Source of the DNA: Bythopirellula sp.
GTDB lineage: Bacteria > Planctomycetota > Planctomycetia > Pirellulales > Lacipirellulaceae
Reading direction: 5' to 3'
DNA: 64,000 nucleotides
Assembly (NCBI GenBank): GCA_965216565.1
Contig: OZ244170.1
Span: 5,024,001-5,088,000 of the forward strand
This document shows, in pieces, positions 9,560-20,243 of this stretch (position 1 is its first letter; the number at the start of each line of letters is the position of its first letter). The notes under the pieces were generated by a model that saw only the letters and a program-made list of their open reading frames with translations, searched no databases and was not told the origin of the DNA. The translations under genes and the position numbers were made by a program.

Positions 9560-11158
9560 TTACTGAGCGCTCAGCCCGGCCAATAGATGATCGAGTTGAG
9601 CCGCAAAACTGTTCGCAATTTTCTCTCGACAGAGGCTCATTTTCGGAGTCAACTCTCCCGCCTCTTTCGAGAAATTACGGGTGAGTATTGTGAATGGACC
9701 AACCTGGTTTTCATGGCCTGTACCTTCCAGCAAGCGATCGATCTCTTCGCGATAGAGCTTGCGAATTACCGGGTGAGTGACTGCTCGACGCTTCGACCAA
9801 ACCCACAAGCGGCGCTCGCGGATTTCTCTGCGAAGCATCTCTGGGTTGGGAACGACCAGGGCCACCAGGCATTTGTGACCTTCACCGAAGACGCAAACAT
9901 GTTCGATGAGAGGAGAGCTTGAGAGCCGCTGTTCGATAGAGGTTGGTGCGACGTTCTTGCCTGTGGAGAGAACGATCAACTCCTTCTTGCGGCCTACGAT
10001 ACGCAGATTCCCTGAGGGGGCGAACTCACCCAGGTCCCCGGTATGTAGCCATTCATCCGCCAGGGCTTCCGCGGTCGCCTGTTCGTCCCGCCAATAACCT
10101 GTCATCACACTCGGTCCCTGGACAAGAACTTCGCCGTCCCGAGCCAGCTCGACTTGGAGATTCGCGAGCGGCTTTCCGACTGAACCAGGCTGGTAGTTTG
10201 TGGGCGAAGTGGCGGTCACCACGGGGGCCGCTTCGGTAAGACCGTAGCCCGAGAGAATGGGGAGACCTTGCGTTTCGAATAGCTTTTCTACGGCGGGTGC
10301 GATGGCAGCCCCACCACAGAAGCAGCGTTTTAGATTGCCCCCCAGTAACTTCTGCACGACTCCCGGCTCGGTAGTTTTTCCGGCCGCATGCAACTCATCG
10401 GCAACCTTTTGATAGAAGTAAGGTACGCCGTTGATTACGGTGGGCTCCGCGAGCTGACAATCGCGGATGATCGTATCGCGACTCTCGGCTAGCACCAGTC
10501 TCGTGCCGCGATGTAGCCAGCTATAGAGGTCGCAAGTACGGGCGTAGATGTGGCTGAGAGGTAAGAAGCAAAGTCGCGTTTCTTCTGACGAGGCCCCGAC
10601 CGCTTTCCCAGTCGCAATCGCATTGCAAACGAGATTGCGGTGGCTGAGCATCACCCCACGCGGCTTGCCGGTTGTTCCGGAAGTAAAAAGTATCGTAGCG
10701 AGGCTGTCGGGCTCAACGGAACGATCCGACAAATCATGTAGGGTACGTGAAGTGGAGCGTAACGCACCGTGCGTGGTGATGCGCCCGGAAAGTCCATTTT
10801 CCAACTGTTCCGGCTCATCGACAATCAGGAGCCGAGCATCGGCACGCTCGAAGAGTTCAAGGGCCTGTCGCGGAATTAGCGAAGCGTGCAGGGGCACGTG
10901 TACCGCACCGAGCGAAAGAATGGCGAGGTCCGCCAAAATCCATTCATAACTGTTGGGTGCGTACTGAGCAACGCGCTCCCCCTGCCCTACCCCGCTCTTA
11001 GCTAGGCCGTCGGCCATGCTTTGTATGTCCGTCGCCAACTCCTGCCAGGTGTGCCAACGCAAGTGGCCTTCGGAGATGGTGGCTATCGCTGGCTGGTCGC
11101 CGCAGCGAGAAGCTGAGTGGCGAAGGAGATCGGGGATGGTTACATGAGCGTCGGTCAT
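9560..11158 (-). CDS. Long-chain fatty acid-CoA ligase (AMP-dependent synthetase)
   Basis: FTSGTTGKPRG, GYGLTE, WLHTGDLG, GRKKE motifs; start placed at ATG 11158, which overlaps the pheT stop (ATGA). Confidence 0.92.
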   Translation of the reverse strand: MTDAHVTIPDLLRHSASRCGDQPAIATISEGHLRWHTWQELATDIQSMADGLAKSGVGQGERVAQYAPNSYEWILADLAILSLGAVHVPLHASLIPRQALELFERADARLLIVDEPEQLENGLSGRITTHGALRSTSRTLHDLSDRSVEPDSLATILFTSGTTGKPRGVMLSHRNLVCNAIATGKAVGASSEETRLCFLPLSHIYARTCDLYSWLHRGTRLVLAESRDTIIRDCQLAEPTVINGVPYFYQKVADELHAAGKTTEPGVVQKLLGGNLKRCFCGGAAIAPAVEKLFETQGLPILSGYGLTEAAPVVTATSPTNYQPGSVGKPLANLQVELARDGEVLVQGPSVMTGYWRDEQATAEALADEWLHTGDLGEFAPSGNLRIVGRKKELIVLSTGKNVAPTSIEQRLSSSPLIEHVCVFGEGHKCLVALVVPNPEMLRREIRERRLWVWSKRRAVTHPVIRKLYREEIDRLLEGTGHENQVGPFTILTRNFSKEAGELTPKMSLCREKIANSFAAQLDHLLAGLSAQ

Positions 11159-13170
11159 GCCCGCAATTCGGCGCCGAGTTCTTTGCCGGCCTCGGCAACG
11201 ATCTTCTCTCGCACTGCATCTGCTTGCTCGTTCGTGAGTGTTCCTCCGTCCGAACGAAGCTGAATTGAAAACAGCAAGCTTTTCTTGCCGGTGCCGATGC
11301 GTTTTTCGTCTCGATAGACTTCCTGGAAAGAGATGTGTTCGAGCAACTCGCTGCTGCATTTACGGACAATGCGATCAATGGCGGCCCAACGGACTTTTTC
11401 GTCGACGACCAGATTGAGATCGCGCCCCACGGGTGGATAGGGTGAGAGCTGATCGACTTGCCGAATTAATTGGGCGACTTCCACTAGAACTGCGAGATCG
11501 ATCTCAGCAATGGTCGCAGCACCCCGTAATTCGAAACTGGCAAGTCCCGACTCGCTAACCTCTCCTAGATAGCCCAGCAGTTTTCCGTCTAACTCCAGCT
11601 CGCTACCTCTGCCCGCAGAAAAGAAGGCTTCGTCTTTGGACTTAGTCTCTAACGTGCTGCCAGGAGCAATGGATTGAATGATGGTTTCGAGCACGCCTTT
11701 GAGTGCCAGGAATCCATCTCCGCAGGTGAGTGCCAACATGCGGCGTTGGTCGGGGATTTCTCCCTTCACCGGCAAATAGACATTGGCAATTTCGAATAAC
11801 TCGACCTGATGGTTGAATAGTGTTTCGTTGGTCCGCCGAGCGGCAAGCAAACTAGGGACTAGGCTCTGACGCAGGTAGTTAGCTCGTCGCAGGACGGCAG
11901 TGCTTGTCTCGAGTGGCTCAGCAGTCGACCACGGGCGATAGGCTTCCAGCCAATCGGACTCCACGGTGCTGAGCGTCATGGCTTCGTCGAAACCTGCTGC
12001 AACGAGAGCCTGCCTGACCCGATCGAGCACGAGATCTTCTCGGCTTCGTGTGGAGGCCACCATCTTTACCCCAGCATCTTCAGGGATCTTGTCGTAGCCG
12101 TGAATCCGGGCGACTTCCTCGACGAGATCGATTTCACGCGTAAGATCAGCACGCCAACTAGGTGGCACCACTTTTACGCAGTGATCGCAAGTATGTGTTT
12201 CCTCACAGCCTAAGTCCGTAAGGATCTTGCTAACGGTCTGTGGTGGGATTTCAATGCCCAGAACGCGGAGAAGTTCTGGAAAGCGCAGTTTGAGGGGCTC
12301 CAGGGGTTTCCACTGCATGCCGACATCCAGCATTCCTTCGCACAACTCGCCGCCTGCGATTTCCAAGATCAACTGGCAGCAACGTTGGCTGGCCCAATCG
12401 ATCCCCAACGGGTCAACGCCCCGTTCAAAACGATAGGACGACGGACTGTGCAGATTGAGTGCTCGTGCTGTGGTGCGGACAGAGAGTGGGTCGAAATCGG
12501 CCGCTTCGATCAAAAGCTCGGTCGTCGCATCACTAACCTCGGTATCGGCACCACCCATGACGCCGGCAAGTGCCACGGCCCGTTTGGCATCGGCAATGAC
12601 ACAAGTGCCGGTGGGGAGTTCGTACTCCTGATGATTGATCGCGGTGAATTTTTCTTTGGCCTGCGACTCTCGCACAATAATCTCAGGGCCGGCCAGCTTT
12701 GCGAAATCAAAGGCATGCAGTGGTTGGCCGCATTCCATCATCACATAGTTGGAAATGTCCACTACGTTATTGACAACTGCGATGCCAAGCGACTGTAGAT
12801 GGCTTACCAACCAATCGGGACTGGGTCCAATCTTCACACCGCGGATTACCCGTGCGGTGTAACGCGGGCACAGCGCGGGGCTCTTAACGGAGACTTTTGT
12901 CAGACCGGAAACATCCTCACCCCCAGCCGGCAAATCGATTTCAGGAGTCTTCAGTGGCGTCTGATAGAGCACCGAAATCTCGCGGGCCACGCCAATATGC
13001 CCCAAGCAATCGGGGCGATTGCTGGTGACTTCTAAATCGATGGCCACATCGTCGCCGATTTTCTCAACGCCCTCGAGGTTCAACCCACTGAGCGTAAGGC
13101 GATCGGTAAGCTCATCGACGCTCATATCGAGATCGACGTAGTCTTTCAGCCAATTCCAGGATACCCACAT
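11155..13170 (-). CDS. pheT: Phenylalanine-tRNA ligase beta subunit (short form)
   Basis: MWVSWNWL start, NRPDCL, GQPLHAFD, SYRFERG, DLVEEVARIHGY, C-terminal FDX-ACB domain. Confidence 0.97.
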   Translation of the reverse strand: MWVSWNWLKDYVDLDMSVDELTDRLTLSGLNLEGVEKIGDDVAIDLEVTSNRPDCLGHIGVAREISVLYQTPLKTPEIDLPAGGEDVSGLTKVSVKSPALCPRYTARVIRGVKIGPSPDWLVSHLQSLGIAVVNNVVDISNYVMMECGQPLHAFDFAKLAGPEIIVRESQAKEKFTAINHQEYELPTGTCVIADAKRAVALAGVMGGADTEVSDATTELLIEAADFDPLSVRTTARALNLHSPSSYRFERGVDPLGIDWASQRCCQLILEIAGGELCEGMLDVGMQWKPLEPLKLRFPELLRVLGIEIPPQTVSKILTDLGCEETHTCDHCVKVVPPSWRADLTREIDLVEEVARIHGYDKIPEDAGVKMVASTRSREDLVLDRVRQALVAAGFDEAMTLSTVESDWLEAYRPWSTAEPLETSTAVLRRANYLRQSLVPSLLAARRTNETLFNHQVELFEIANVYLPVKGEIPDQRRMLALTCGDGFLALKGVLETIIQSIAPGSTLETKSKDEAFFSAGRGSELELDGKLLGYLGEVSESGLASFELRGAATIAEIDLAVLVEVAQLIRQVDQLSPYPPVGRDLNLVVDEKVRWAAIDRIVRKCSSELLEHISFQEVYRDEKRIGTGKKSLLFSIQLRSDGGTLTNEQADAVREKIVAEAGKELGAELRA

Positions 13171-13206
13171 GTTTTTGGTTCGCTCGGCTAGGTCTAATTT
13201 CAAACA

Positions 13207-13344
13207 AACCACGAAGACACGAAGAGCACGAAGAGACTAAACAAATGCAGCGCGTCCAAAGTGGCCCTCATGATTTGAACTTAGTTCTTATGTACTACGT
13301 TATCAGTCGTGATATCCCGTTGTGTCCTTCGTGTCTTTGTGGTT
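13207..13344. repeat. Imperfect inverted repeat element between pheS and pheT
   Basis: AACCACGAAGACACGAAGAGCAC at 13207 vs reverse complement AACCACAAAGACACGAAGGACAC ending at 13344. Confidence 0.7.
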
Positions 13345-13363
13345 CAAATGCTCAACGAACGCA

Positions 13364-14413
13364 CTAGAACTGTTCGAGAAATCTAACGTCGTTCTGATAG
13401 AGCGCTCGAATATCGGTAATTCCGTGTTGCCGCATACAGATGCGTTCCACGCCGAGTCCGAAGGCAAAGCCGGTGACTTCTTCGGGATCGTACCCCACGG
13501 CACGGAGCACGTTGGGATCGACCATGCCGGCACCGCCCATTTCCATCCAACCACTGTTTCCTTCTGCGTCTTGCCAATTCATGTCGACTTCGACGCTTGG
13601 TTCCGTGAACGGAAAGAACGAGGGGCGAAAGCGGACATGCACTTCGTCGCTGCCGCCAAAGTAACTCTGGCAGAACAACCGTAAAACACTCTTGAGGTCG
13701 GCCATGGTGACGCCCTTATCAACCAACAACCCTTCAATCTGGTGGAACATCGGGTAATGCGTGGCATCGGCCGTATCGGGGCGATAGACCCGACCCAACG
13801 AGATGATCCGCACCGGCGGCGGGGTGGTTTCCATCACGCGAATTTGCACGGTGCTGGTTTGGCTGCGGAGCAATAGCGGCGAGTCGTTCTTGCCGACCGC
13901 CATCGTGGCCGCACCGGTACTCAAATAGAAATTGTCGAGCGGGTCGCGTGCCGGATGCGAAAGCGGAATGTTCAGTGCTTCGAAGTTGTGCCAGTCGTCC
14001 TCAATCTCCGGGCCCTCGACGGCCGTGAAGCCGAGACGGCCCATGATCTCTTTCATCTCGCGGATGGTTTGCGTGATGGGATGCAATCGGCCTAGTCGCA
14101 CTGGTTTGCCGGGAAGAGTCACATCGAAGTCGTCAGCCGTAGAGCCGGCCTTCGACTCGAGCCGCGACTGCGCTTCGTTCCAGGCTGCCTCGACGAGTGT
14201 TTTCACTTCGTTAAAGCGTTTTCCAGCAGCAGGTTTATCCGTCTTGTCGACCTTGCCTAGCCCTTTTTGCACTTCGCGAAGCTGGCCGCCCTTGGCGCCC
14301 AAGTATTCTATGCGGATCTCTTCCAGCGCATCGGCGGACGTGGCCGCTGCGAACCCTTGTTTGGCTTCGCTGGCAAGCGTGTCCAGTTGAGCTAGAAAAT
14401 CGTCGAGAGCCAC
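13364..14413 (-). CDS. pheS: Phenylalanine-tRNA ligase alpha subunit
   Basis: [35 protein letters not shown]. Confidence 0.98.
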   Translation of the reverse strand: MALDDFLAQLDTLASEAKQGFAAATSADALEEIRIEYLGAKGGQLREVQKGLGKVDKTDKPAAGKRFNEVKTLVEAAWNEAQSRLESKAGSTADDFDVTLPGKPVRLGRLHPITQTIREMKEIMGRLGFTAVEGPEIEDDWHNFEALNIPLSHPARDPLDNFYLSTGAATMAVGKNDSPLLLRSQTSTVQIRVMETTPPPVRIISLGRVYRPDTADATHYPMFHQIEGLLVDKGVTMADLKSVLRLFCQSYFGGSDEVHVRFRPSFFPFTEPSVEVDMNWQDAEGNSGWMEMGGAGMVDPNVLRAVGYDPEEVTGFAFGLGVERICMRQHGITDIRALYQNDVRFLEQF

Positions 14414-14455
14414 GACTATTGCCTTGGGTGCTCGTGGTGCGTCGTGGGAATGCGG

Positions 14456-14812
14456 CTAGGCAGCAAGTGCTTCGCGTGCCTTTTCGACGACCGCATCGAA
14501 TGCAGACGGATCGTGAATAGCCATTTCAGAAAGCATCTTACGGTCTAGTTCCACGTTGGCTTTCTTGAGCCCATTCACGAATTCGCTGTAACGCAAACCC
14601 CGTTCGCGTGCAGCGGCGTTGATACGAATGATCCAAAGCTTGCGGAATTCGCGTTTGCGAACGCGTCGGTCGCGGAAGGCATAGGCCTCGGCCCGCACGA
14701 GCGTTTCCTTGGCAGTCCGGAGCAGCGTGCCCCGACCGCCGACATAGCCTTTAGTTTTCTTGAAAAGTCGATTCTTCGCCCGATTACGGGCACTACCTTT
14801 GGTGGTTCTCAT
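14456..14812 (-). CDS. rplT: 50S ribosomal protein L20
   Basis: [31 protein letters not shown]. Confidence 0.98.
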   Translation of the reverse strand: MRTTKGSARNRAKNRLFKKTKGYVGGRGTLLRTAKETLVRAEAYAFRDRRVRKREFRKLWIIRINAAARERGLRYSEFVNGLKKANVELDRKMLSEMAIHDPSAFDAVVEKAREALAA

Positions 14813-14912
14813 TGGAGGAACCCTCGCGTTACGTGTTCAAGCCCAGGCCCCTTTACGGTGAAAGGCGTTTCTACCCGGCGTGATTGGTTTGATTGATCAG
14901 ACGGTTGCTGAT

Positions 14913-15116
14913 TTAGTAGCTATTTCCGGCCAAAGCTTCTTTGATGATCTTGGAATTCGAGTCCGTGGTGACCGTTGTGCCGCGCAGGTTACGCTTACGC
15001 TTCTGGTCCATCCGCGAAGCCAAGTGGCTGGTGCCGGCACTACGATGCTTGGCCTTGCCTTTGGCAGACAGGCGGAAGCGTTTTTTAGTGCCTTTGTGGG
15101 TCTTTTGCTTGGGCAT
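14913..15116 (-). CDS. rpmI: 50S ribosomal protein L35
   Basis: MPKQKTHKGTKKRF; position between infC and rplT. Confidence 0.97.
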   Translation of the reverse strand: MPKQKTHKGTKKRFRLSAKGKAKHRSAGTSHLASRMDQKRKRNLRGTTVTTDSNSKIIKEALAGNSY

Positions 15117-15274
15117 GATCTTACCTTTAATTTCTTATGAGCAAGGCTGGCTAGTTGATAGCGCAGCAGGCTGGGATATTCAGTAGCCCCGTATTCTAGC
15201 AAAAATAAGGGGAGAGAAAAGGTGGTCTCTCGCCAGATGGGGCTTTCCCTCTGGCTCGGGATCTACCAGGGCAA

Positions 15275-15778
15275 TTACTTCGGCGCCAGGATTACCACGA
15301 TCCGCCGGCCGTGCATGGCGGCGTTTTGCTCGATCTTGGAAACGTCTTCCAGCTCTTTGACCAAACGTTCGACCAGCTTGAAACCTTCGTCGACATGGGC
15401 ATTTTCGCGGCCGCGGAAGATGACCGAGCAGATAACCTTATCGCGGTCTTCCAGGAACTTGCGGGCGCGGTTGAGCTTGGTTTCGAAGTCGTGCTCGCCG
15501 ATTTTCGGGCGGAGCCGGATTTCCTTGTTCTTGCCATGATGAACATGGCCCTTGTGTTGCCGCTTTTTCTGTTGGTATTTGAATTTGCCGAAATCCATGA
15601 TGCGGCAAACGGGTGGCTTCTCTAGGGGAGCCACCTCGACTAAATCGAGACCAATCTCTCGTGCCTGTTCCAGGGCATCGTCGCGACTGAGGACGCCTAA
15701 TTGTGAACCGTCGTCACCAATTACTCTGAGAGGAGTCGTGCGGATCTGATCGTTGATCCGTTGCTGCTTGCGTTCGAT
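15275..15778 (-). CDS. infC: Translation initiation factor IF-3 (non-canonical ATC start)
   Basis: Frame extends upstream of the ORF-track start: IERKQQRINDQIRTTPLRVI...LDLVEVAP...PPVCRIMDFGKFKY; GGAG 9 nt before ATC at 15778. Confidence 0.93.
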   Translation of the reverse strand: MERKQQRINDQIRTTPLRVIGDDGSQLGVLSRDDALEQAREIGLDLVEVAPLEKPPVCRIMDFGKFKYQQKKRQHKGHVHHGKNKEIRLRPKIGEHDFETKLNRARKFLEDRDKVICSVIFRGRENAHVDEGFKLVERLVKELEDVSKIEQNAAMHGRRIVVILAPK

Positions 15779-15928
15779 TTTCTTGTTCTCCGAATGGGTT
15801 GTTGAAAGTTTTTTGGTGCTTGGTCGAGTGTTTTCTGGGCTGTCTGCCAGTCCGATGGTGCAGTATAGCTTACCCGTGTGCGGTGCCCGGCGACCCCTAA
15901 GTATCTGCGGAAGAGTGCCTGCGAGTCA

Positions 15929-16293
15929 ACACAGCCCAGAGATGGTCAGTGTTTTAGCAGTGTCTTGCCAAGGCGGATCAAGGAGATGGGGGGATGTTGG
16001 AGATAGTGGGGATAGTCTCTTCTGGGGCAGGCTCCCAAAAATGGCTTAGAGCGATCGGTCATCTATTTTTCGAGGGTAATCGATCCATTGGTTCAGGGAC
16101 GAACTGAAAAACGAAGGAATCTTGCACCGATAAACATGTTTTTGCACGAATATCTACATGAGGGTGGCTAGAGTCTCCCCCTGCCATCTGGAGCATGCTG
16201 GTGCTGGAACAAGCCACCTCCGTCATCTCCAGCATCCCCCTATCTCTTTTCCTCTTTTTGGGTCCTTAGCAAGACAGTATCAATACACAGCCC
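15929..16293. mobile_element. Degenerate MITE-like element between thrS and infC
   Basis: Inverted TGTCTTGC(C/T)AAGG (15961-15973/16264-16276) plus inverted 9-nt-period GGRGAT arrays; flanking direct repeat ACACAGCCC. Confidence 0.45.
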
Positions 16294-16340
16294 TGCCACT
16301 CCAAGTTTTGGTGATGTATCCAGAGTGCCGCCCTCAATTG

Positions 16341-18350
16341 CTAGTACTCGTTCCTCGGCCCTCGGTCAACTAAGGTCGCTCCCTCGCTTTTCGCTACCTG
16401 ACGCACTGTTTTGTCTGCTACTTCTTGTTTGAGCTTGGCTACAGCCTCGGCGTAGGGCATGGCTCCCAGATCGCCTTCGATGCGGTCTCGCACGGTGACA
16501 GTGCCGTTTTGAGCATCCTTTTCGCCCACCACCATCATGTAGGGGATCAAGCCGAGCTGGGCCTCGCGGATTTTCGCCCCCAATTTCTGACCCCGGTAGT
16601 CGGCGGTGACGCGGAAACCCTCGGCGGCGAACTTTCGCTCCACCTCCCGGCCATAATCTTCGGATTTTTCGCTGACCGTCAGCACGCGTACCTGTTCAGG
16701 GGCCAGCCAGAGCGGAAACGCCCCGGCAAAATGCTCGATTAACACCGCGATAAACCGTTCCATCGATCCCAGCGGGGCACGGTGAATCATCACCGGCTTA
16801 TGGGCTCCGTTGTCGGCACCTACATACTCGAGGTCAAAGCGATCGGCACTGGGTAAGTTGTAATCGAGTTGGACCGTGCCAAGCTGCCATTCGCGTCCGA
16901 TGCAGTCGGTCACCACAAAATCGGCCTTGGGACCGTAGAAGGCTGCCTCCCCGGGCTCGACAGACATGTCTGGCAAATCCATCGATTCGCACACTTCTTT
17001 TAACGCGGCTTCTGCTCGATCCCAAAGCTGTTCGTCGCCGACGTATTTGTTACTGTCTGGATCGCGAAATCCAAGTCGCACTCGATACTTGTCCATGCCC
17101 AACGATTTGAGGACTCCTTGGGTCATCTCCAGACAGCTGGTGAACTCCTCGGCAACCTGGTCTTCGGTGCAGAAAATGTGGGCGTCGTCTTGGGTAAATC
17201 CGCGTACCCGCGTCATCCCATTCAGTTCGCCGGACTGTTCATAGCGATAGACGGTACCAAACTCTGCGAGCCGCACTGGCAAGTCGCGATAGCTGCGCGG
17301 CTTCGACTTATAGATCATAATGTGGTGCGGGCAATTCATCGGCTTCAGCAGGTAACGCTCGCCGTCCTCCATGTCGATCGGTGCGAATTGGCTATCGCTG
17401 TAGTACGGATAATGTCCCGAGATCTCGTAGAGTTCGACGCGGCCGATGTTGGGCGTGTAAACCGCCTCGTACTTTCTTTTGGTGAGTTCATCCTTTAGGT
17501 AGTCTTCGAGGGTTTGCCGAATGACGGCTCCCTTCGGCAGCCACAGAATCAATCCGGAACCCACGGTTGGATTGACGGTGAACAGTTCCAATTGCTTACC
17601 CAGGACGCGATGGTCCCGTTTTTTCGCTTCTTCTAGCTGGGTGAGATACGCCTGCAACTCTTTCTTGTCGAAAAAAGCAGTGGCGTAGAGCCGTTGCAAT
17701 TGATCGCGGCTTTGATCGCCTTTCCAGTAGGCGCCTGCGACGCTAAGTAGCTTAAACGCTTTGCCGATGTGACGCGTGCTAGGAATGTGTTTGCCGCGAC
17801 AAAGGTCGACGAATTCTCCCTGACGGTAGAAAGATAGACTCTCCTCGTCCGCCAGGCCGGTTTGAATATGTTCGACCTTGAAGGCCTGGCCCATTTCTTT
17901 GCAAAGGCCGATCGCATCGCTGCGCGGCAGTTCTAGACGTTCGAATTTCTCATCGGCCGAGACGATTTTTTTCATCTCCGCTTCGATTTTGGGAAAGTCC
18001 TCTTCGCTAATGGGATGCTTTAGATTGAAGTCGTAGTAAAAACCGTTTCCAGTCACAGGGCCGAATGCCAGGCTCACTCCGTCATAGAGTCGCATCACCG
18101 CTTGCGCCATCACGTGGGCGGCGCTGTGCCGCATGACGTCTAGTGATTCGGCATCGCGATTGGTGAATAGCTTGAGTTGGACTTCGCCGTCGGAAGGCAG
18201 CGGCGAGTGAAGGTCCACTTGGTGCCCATCGACTTCTGCCAGCACAGCGGCCTTGGCTAGCCCTGCGCCGATCTCGGCGGCAACATCGTAGGAAGTGGTG
18301 GGAGTGTTGAATTCGCGCCGACTACCATCCGGCAAAACGACAGTTAACAT
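16341..18350 (-). CDS. thrS: Threonine-tRNA ligase
   Basis: TGS domain, [40 protein letters not shown]. Confidence 0.98.
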   Translation of the reverse strand: MLTVVLPDGSRREFNTPTTSYDVAAEIGAGLAKAAVLAEVDGHQVDLHSPLPSDGEVQLKLFTNRDAESLDVMRHSAAHVMAQAVMRLYDGVSLAFGPVTGNGFYYDFNLKHPISEEDFPKIEAEMKKIVSADEKFERLELPRSDAIGLCKEMGQAFKVEHIQTGLADEESLSFYRQGEFVDLCRGKHIPSTRHIGKAFKLLSVAGAYWKGDQSRDQLQRLYATAFFDKKELQAYLTQLEEAKKRDHRVLGKQLELFTVNPTVGSGLILWLPKGAVIRQTLEDYLKDELTKRKYEAVYTPNIGRVELYEISGHYPYYSDSQFAPIDMEDGERYLLKPMNCPHHIMIYKSKPRSYRDLPVRLAEFGTVYRYEQSGELNGMTRVRGFTQDDAHIFCTEDQVAEEFTSCLEMTQGVLKSLGMDKYRVRLGFRDPDSNKYVGDEQLWDRAEAALKEVCESMDLPDMSVEPGEAAFYGPKADFVVTDCIGREWQLGTVQLDYNLPSADRFDLEYVGADNGAHKPVMIHRAPLGSMERFIAVLIEHFAGAFPLWLAPEQVRVLTVSEKSEDYGREVERKFAAEGFRVTADYRGQKLGAKIREAQLGLIPYMMVVGEKDAQNGTVTVRDRIEGDLGAMPYAEAVAKLKQEVADKTVRQVAKSEGATLVDRGPRNEY

Positions 18351-18909
18351 GAGTGGCTCGTCACCTATTAGATGTCAATTTATTGGATTACTTACGTATT
18401 GGACTACTTACTTGAGCAGTGGGAAGTCGCGTCCGGCCTGAGTGTTTAGCAGACGCATTTAGCTCAATGAAAGTTCGACCGAGAAGTATAAGCGTTCGCT
18501 AGTAACGCAACTACCGTAATGAGCGTGAGCTGTTGTCACGAGTGAATACAAAGTTGACTTTGCCAGCGAAAAGAAGGGTTCCTTAGTCCCCCCTGGGATT
18601 GGCAAACAACGGGCGGGACAGTCTATGACACACCGTTGTCACCTTGGTGGTAAGCAAGATCCAAGTGGCATTAAGCGAGCGAAATCGCATCGAGACGCGG
18701 TTTTATCTGATCTTGTGGCCCCGTGTCTCGCCAAAGCGAAAATGGGGTGGTTTTTCACCAAACGAGCACCGAGGAAAGTAAGAAAATTCTCAAAATTCCC
18801 GCAACCGGCCATTGGTCGTAAGTTGTTAGGAGTAAAGCAGAAAATGGAATTCTTCGCCCATTCTGGCCCCCTTTCCTAAAAAAACTCTATTTCTTGACAT
18901 GCAAAACTG

Positions 18910-18941
18910 TTGCAAGCCGCTTATTCCTTGGTAAAGTGTGA
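18910..18941 (+). promoter_or_regulatory. Candidate sigma70-type promoter of the PEP-CTERM island
   Basis: TTGCAA-16 nt-TAAAGT with TGn extension; GTAAAGTGTGA recurs at 28022. Confidence 0.4.
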
Positions 18942-19244
18942 GGAGGAATGGCAGACATTGTGTCAGCCAGACGGGAATCTTATCTTTCTAGCGACTCGAG
19001 AGATTAATACCACGGCGACAGCAGGTTATAAATCACTTGTGTCGACCCGAGTCCGTATGAATTAAAGGACGGGGTCGCATCACGCGTGGGGCAGGCTTCT
19101 TCGCTATAAGATAAGCATTTTTTTGTTGCGTGAGATTAACCGTATAGTTGACCCTTTAACCATTCATCCCCCAACAAACTAACTAATCAGTATCTCGCTT
19201 AGGATTAATTCGACCTCATGAGACGGGGAATTGGAGTAATGAAC

Positions 19245-20108
19245 ATGAAACATTGTCTGATATTGTCTATGTGCGCTGTCGCTCTGGCAGCTTTTGGCAT
19301 CAACGCCGCAAATGCCGGCGTCGATGTAGCTCTTAACCTAAACTACGTTGATCCCGCCGATCCCAACGACGGTGGATCTTGGACTCTGGTAGCCAAGTCT
19401 GACAATGCGAATGGCATCGCCGGACTAGTAGTACGAATTGAAGACGGCACAATTCCAGCCGCTGGAACCGTCGATGCTGGCATTGGCCATTCCATCAACA
19501 GCGGAGTCCTTCAAATTGGTACCTTCACCGATCCGAATGGCCCGGACTTCGTTGAATTTGTTTACGGTCAAGACCCGAATGCCGGGCTTGTCGGAAACGT
19601 CGGTCTTGCTGCTGCTGCATCCAACCAGGGTCCTGATCCTCTGGGCAATTCCGTCTGGGACGATGCAACAGTTATTGCAACTGGATCCTTCCTTGACGTT
19701 CGTCCGCTAGCTGTTCTGGCAGCTGCTACTGAAATTGATCCTAATGGAGCCATCATTGGTTCTAGTATCAACACTTTCAACATTCGCGGCGATTCGCTTA
19801 ACACGCTCGGGTTGGAAGATCCAAATGGTGCTGGTCTGCTCGCAGGTGATACAGACCGCGATAACGACGTCGACATTGCTGACCTTGGTACCTTGGCTGG
19901 TTCCTTGGCTGGTGGCGTAGGCGGATGGAACGACGGCGACACCGATGGTGACGGCGACGTTGACATTGCTGACCTTGGTGCTCTGGCTGCTAGCTTGGCT
20001 GTCGGTTCCGGCACACCTGCTGCAGTTGGTGCTGTTCCTGAGCCAACCACAGCACTGCTCGCTCTGTTTGGAGTTGCTCCTTGGGCTCTCCGCCGACGAC
20101 GAGCGTAG
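19245..20108 (+). CDS. PEP-CTERM protein with tandem dockerin/EF-hand-like repeats
   Basis: Signal peptide (ANA cleavage); GDTDRDNDVDIADL and GDTDGDGDVDIADL; VPEP-TM-RRRRA; GGAG 8 nt before ATG 19245. Confidence 0.9.
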   Translation: MKHCLILSMCAVALAAFGINAANAGVDVALNLNYVDPADPNDGGSWTLVAKSDNANGIAGLVVRIEDGTIPAAGTVDAGIGHSINSGVLQIGTFTDPNGPDFVEFVYGQDPNAGLVGNVGLAAAASNQGPDPLGNSVWDDATVIATGSFLDVRPLAVLAAATEIDPNGAIIGSSINTFNIRGDSLNTLGLEDPNGAGLLAGDTDRDNDVDIADLGTLAGSLAGGVGGWNDGDTDGDGDVDIADLGALAASLAVGSGTPAAVGAVPEPTTALLALFGVAPWALRRRRA

Positions 20109-20243
20109 GTTTAGTAACTAATCAGTTTGTTTCGGAACGAACTGAGGCACTTATAGTTAATTTGGTTAATGTGATCCTGCGAAGAAAGATAGTATCTGTT
20201 TCTGCACGATCGAAACATTTGTAATTCATGAGGATGTGATCTA

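Noticed and set aside
11159..11359. N-terminal extension of the acyl-CoA ligase given by the ORF track
   Set aside because: Overlaps the pheT 3' end; the ATGA-coupled start at 11158 is more plausible
18595..18685. c-di-GMP-I riboswitch (GGCAAAC) or sigma54 sites upstream of the island
   Set aside because: No GNRA/receptor P2-P3 architecture; the GG-N10-GC matches lack the TTGC element
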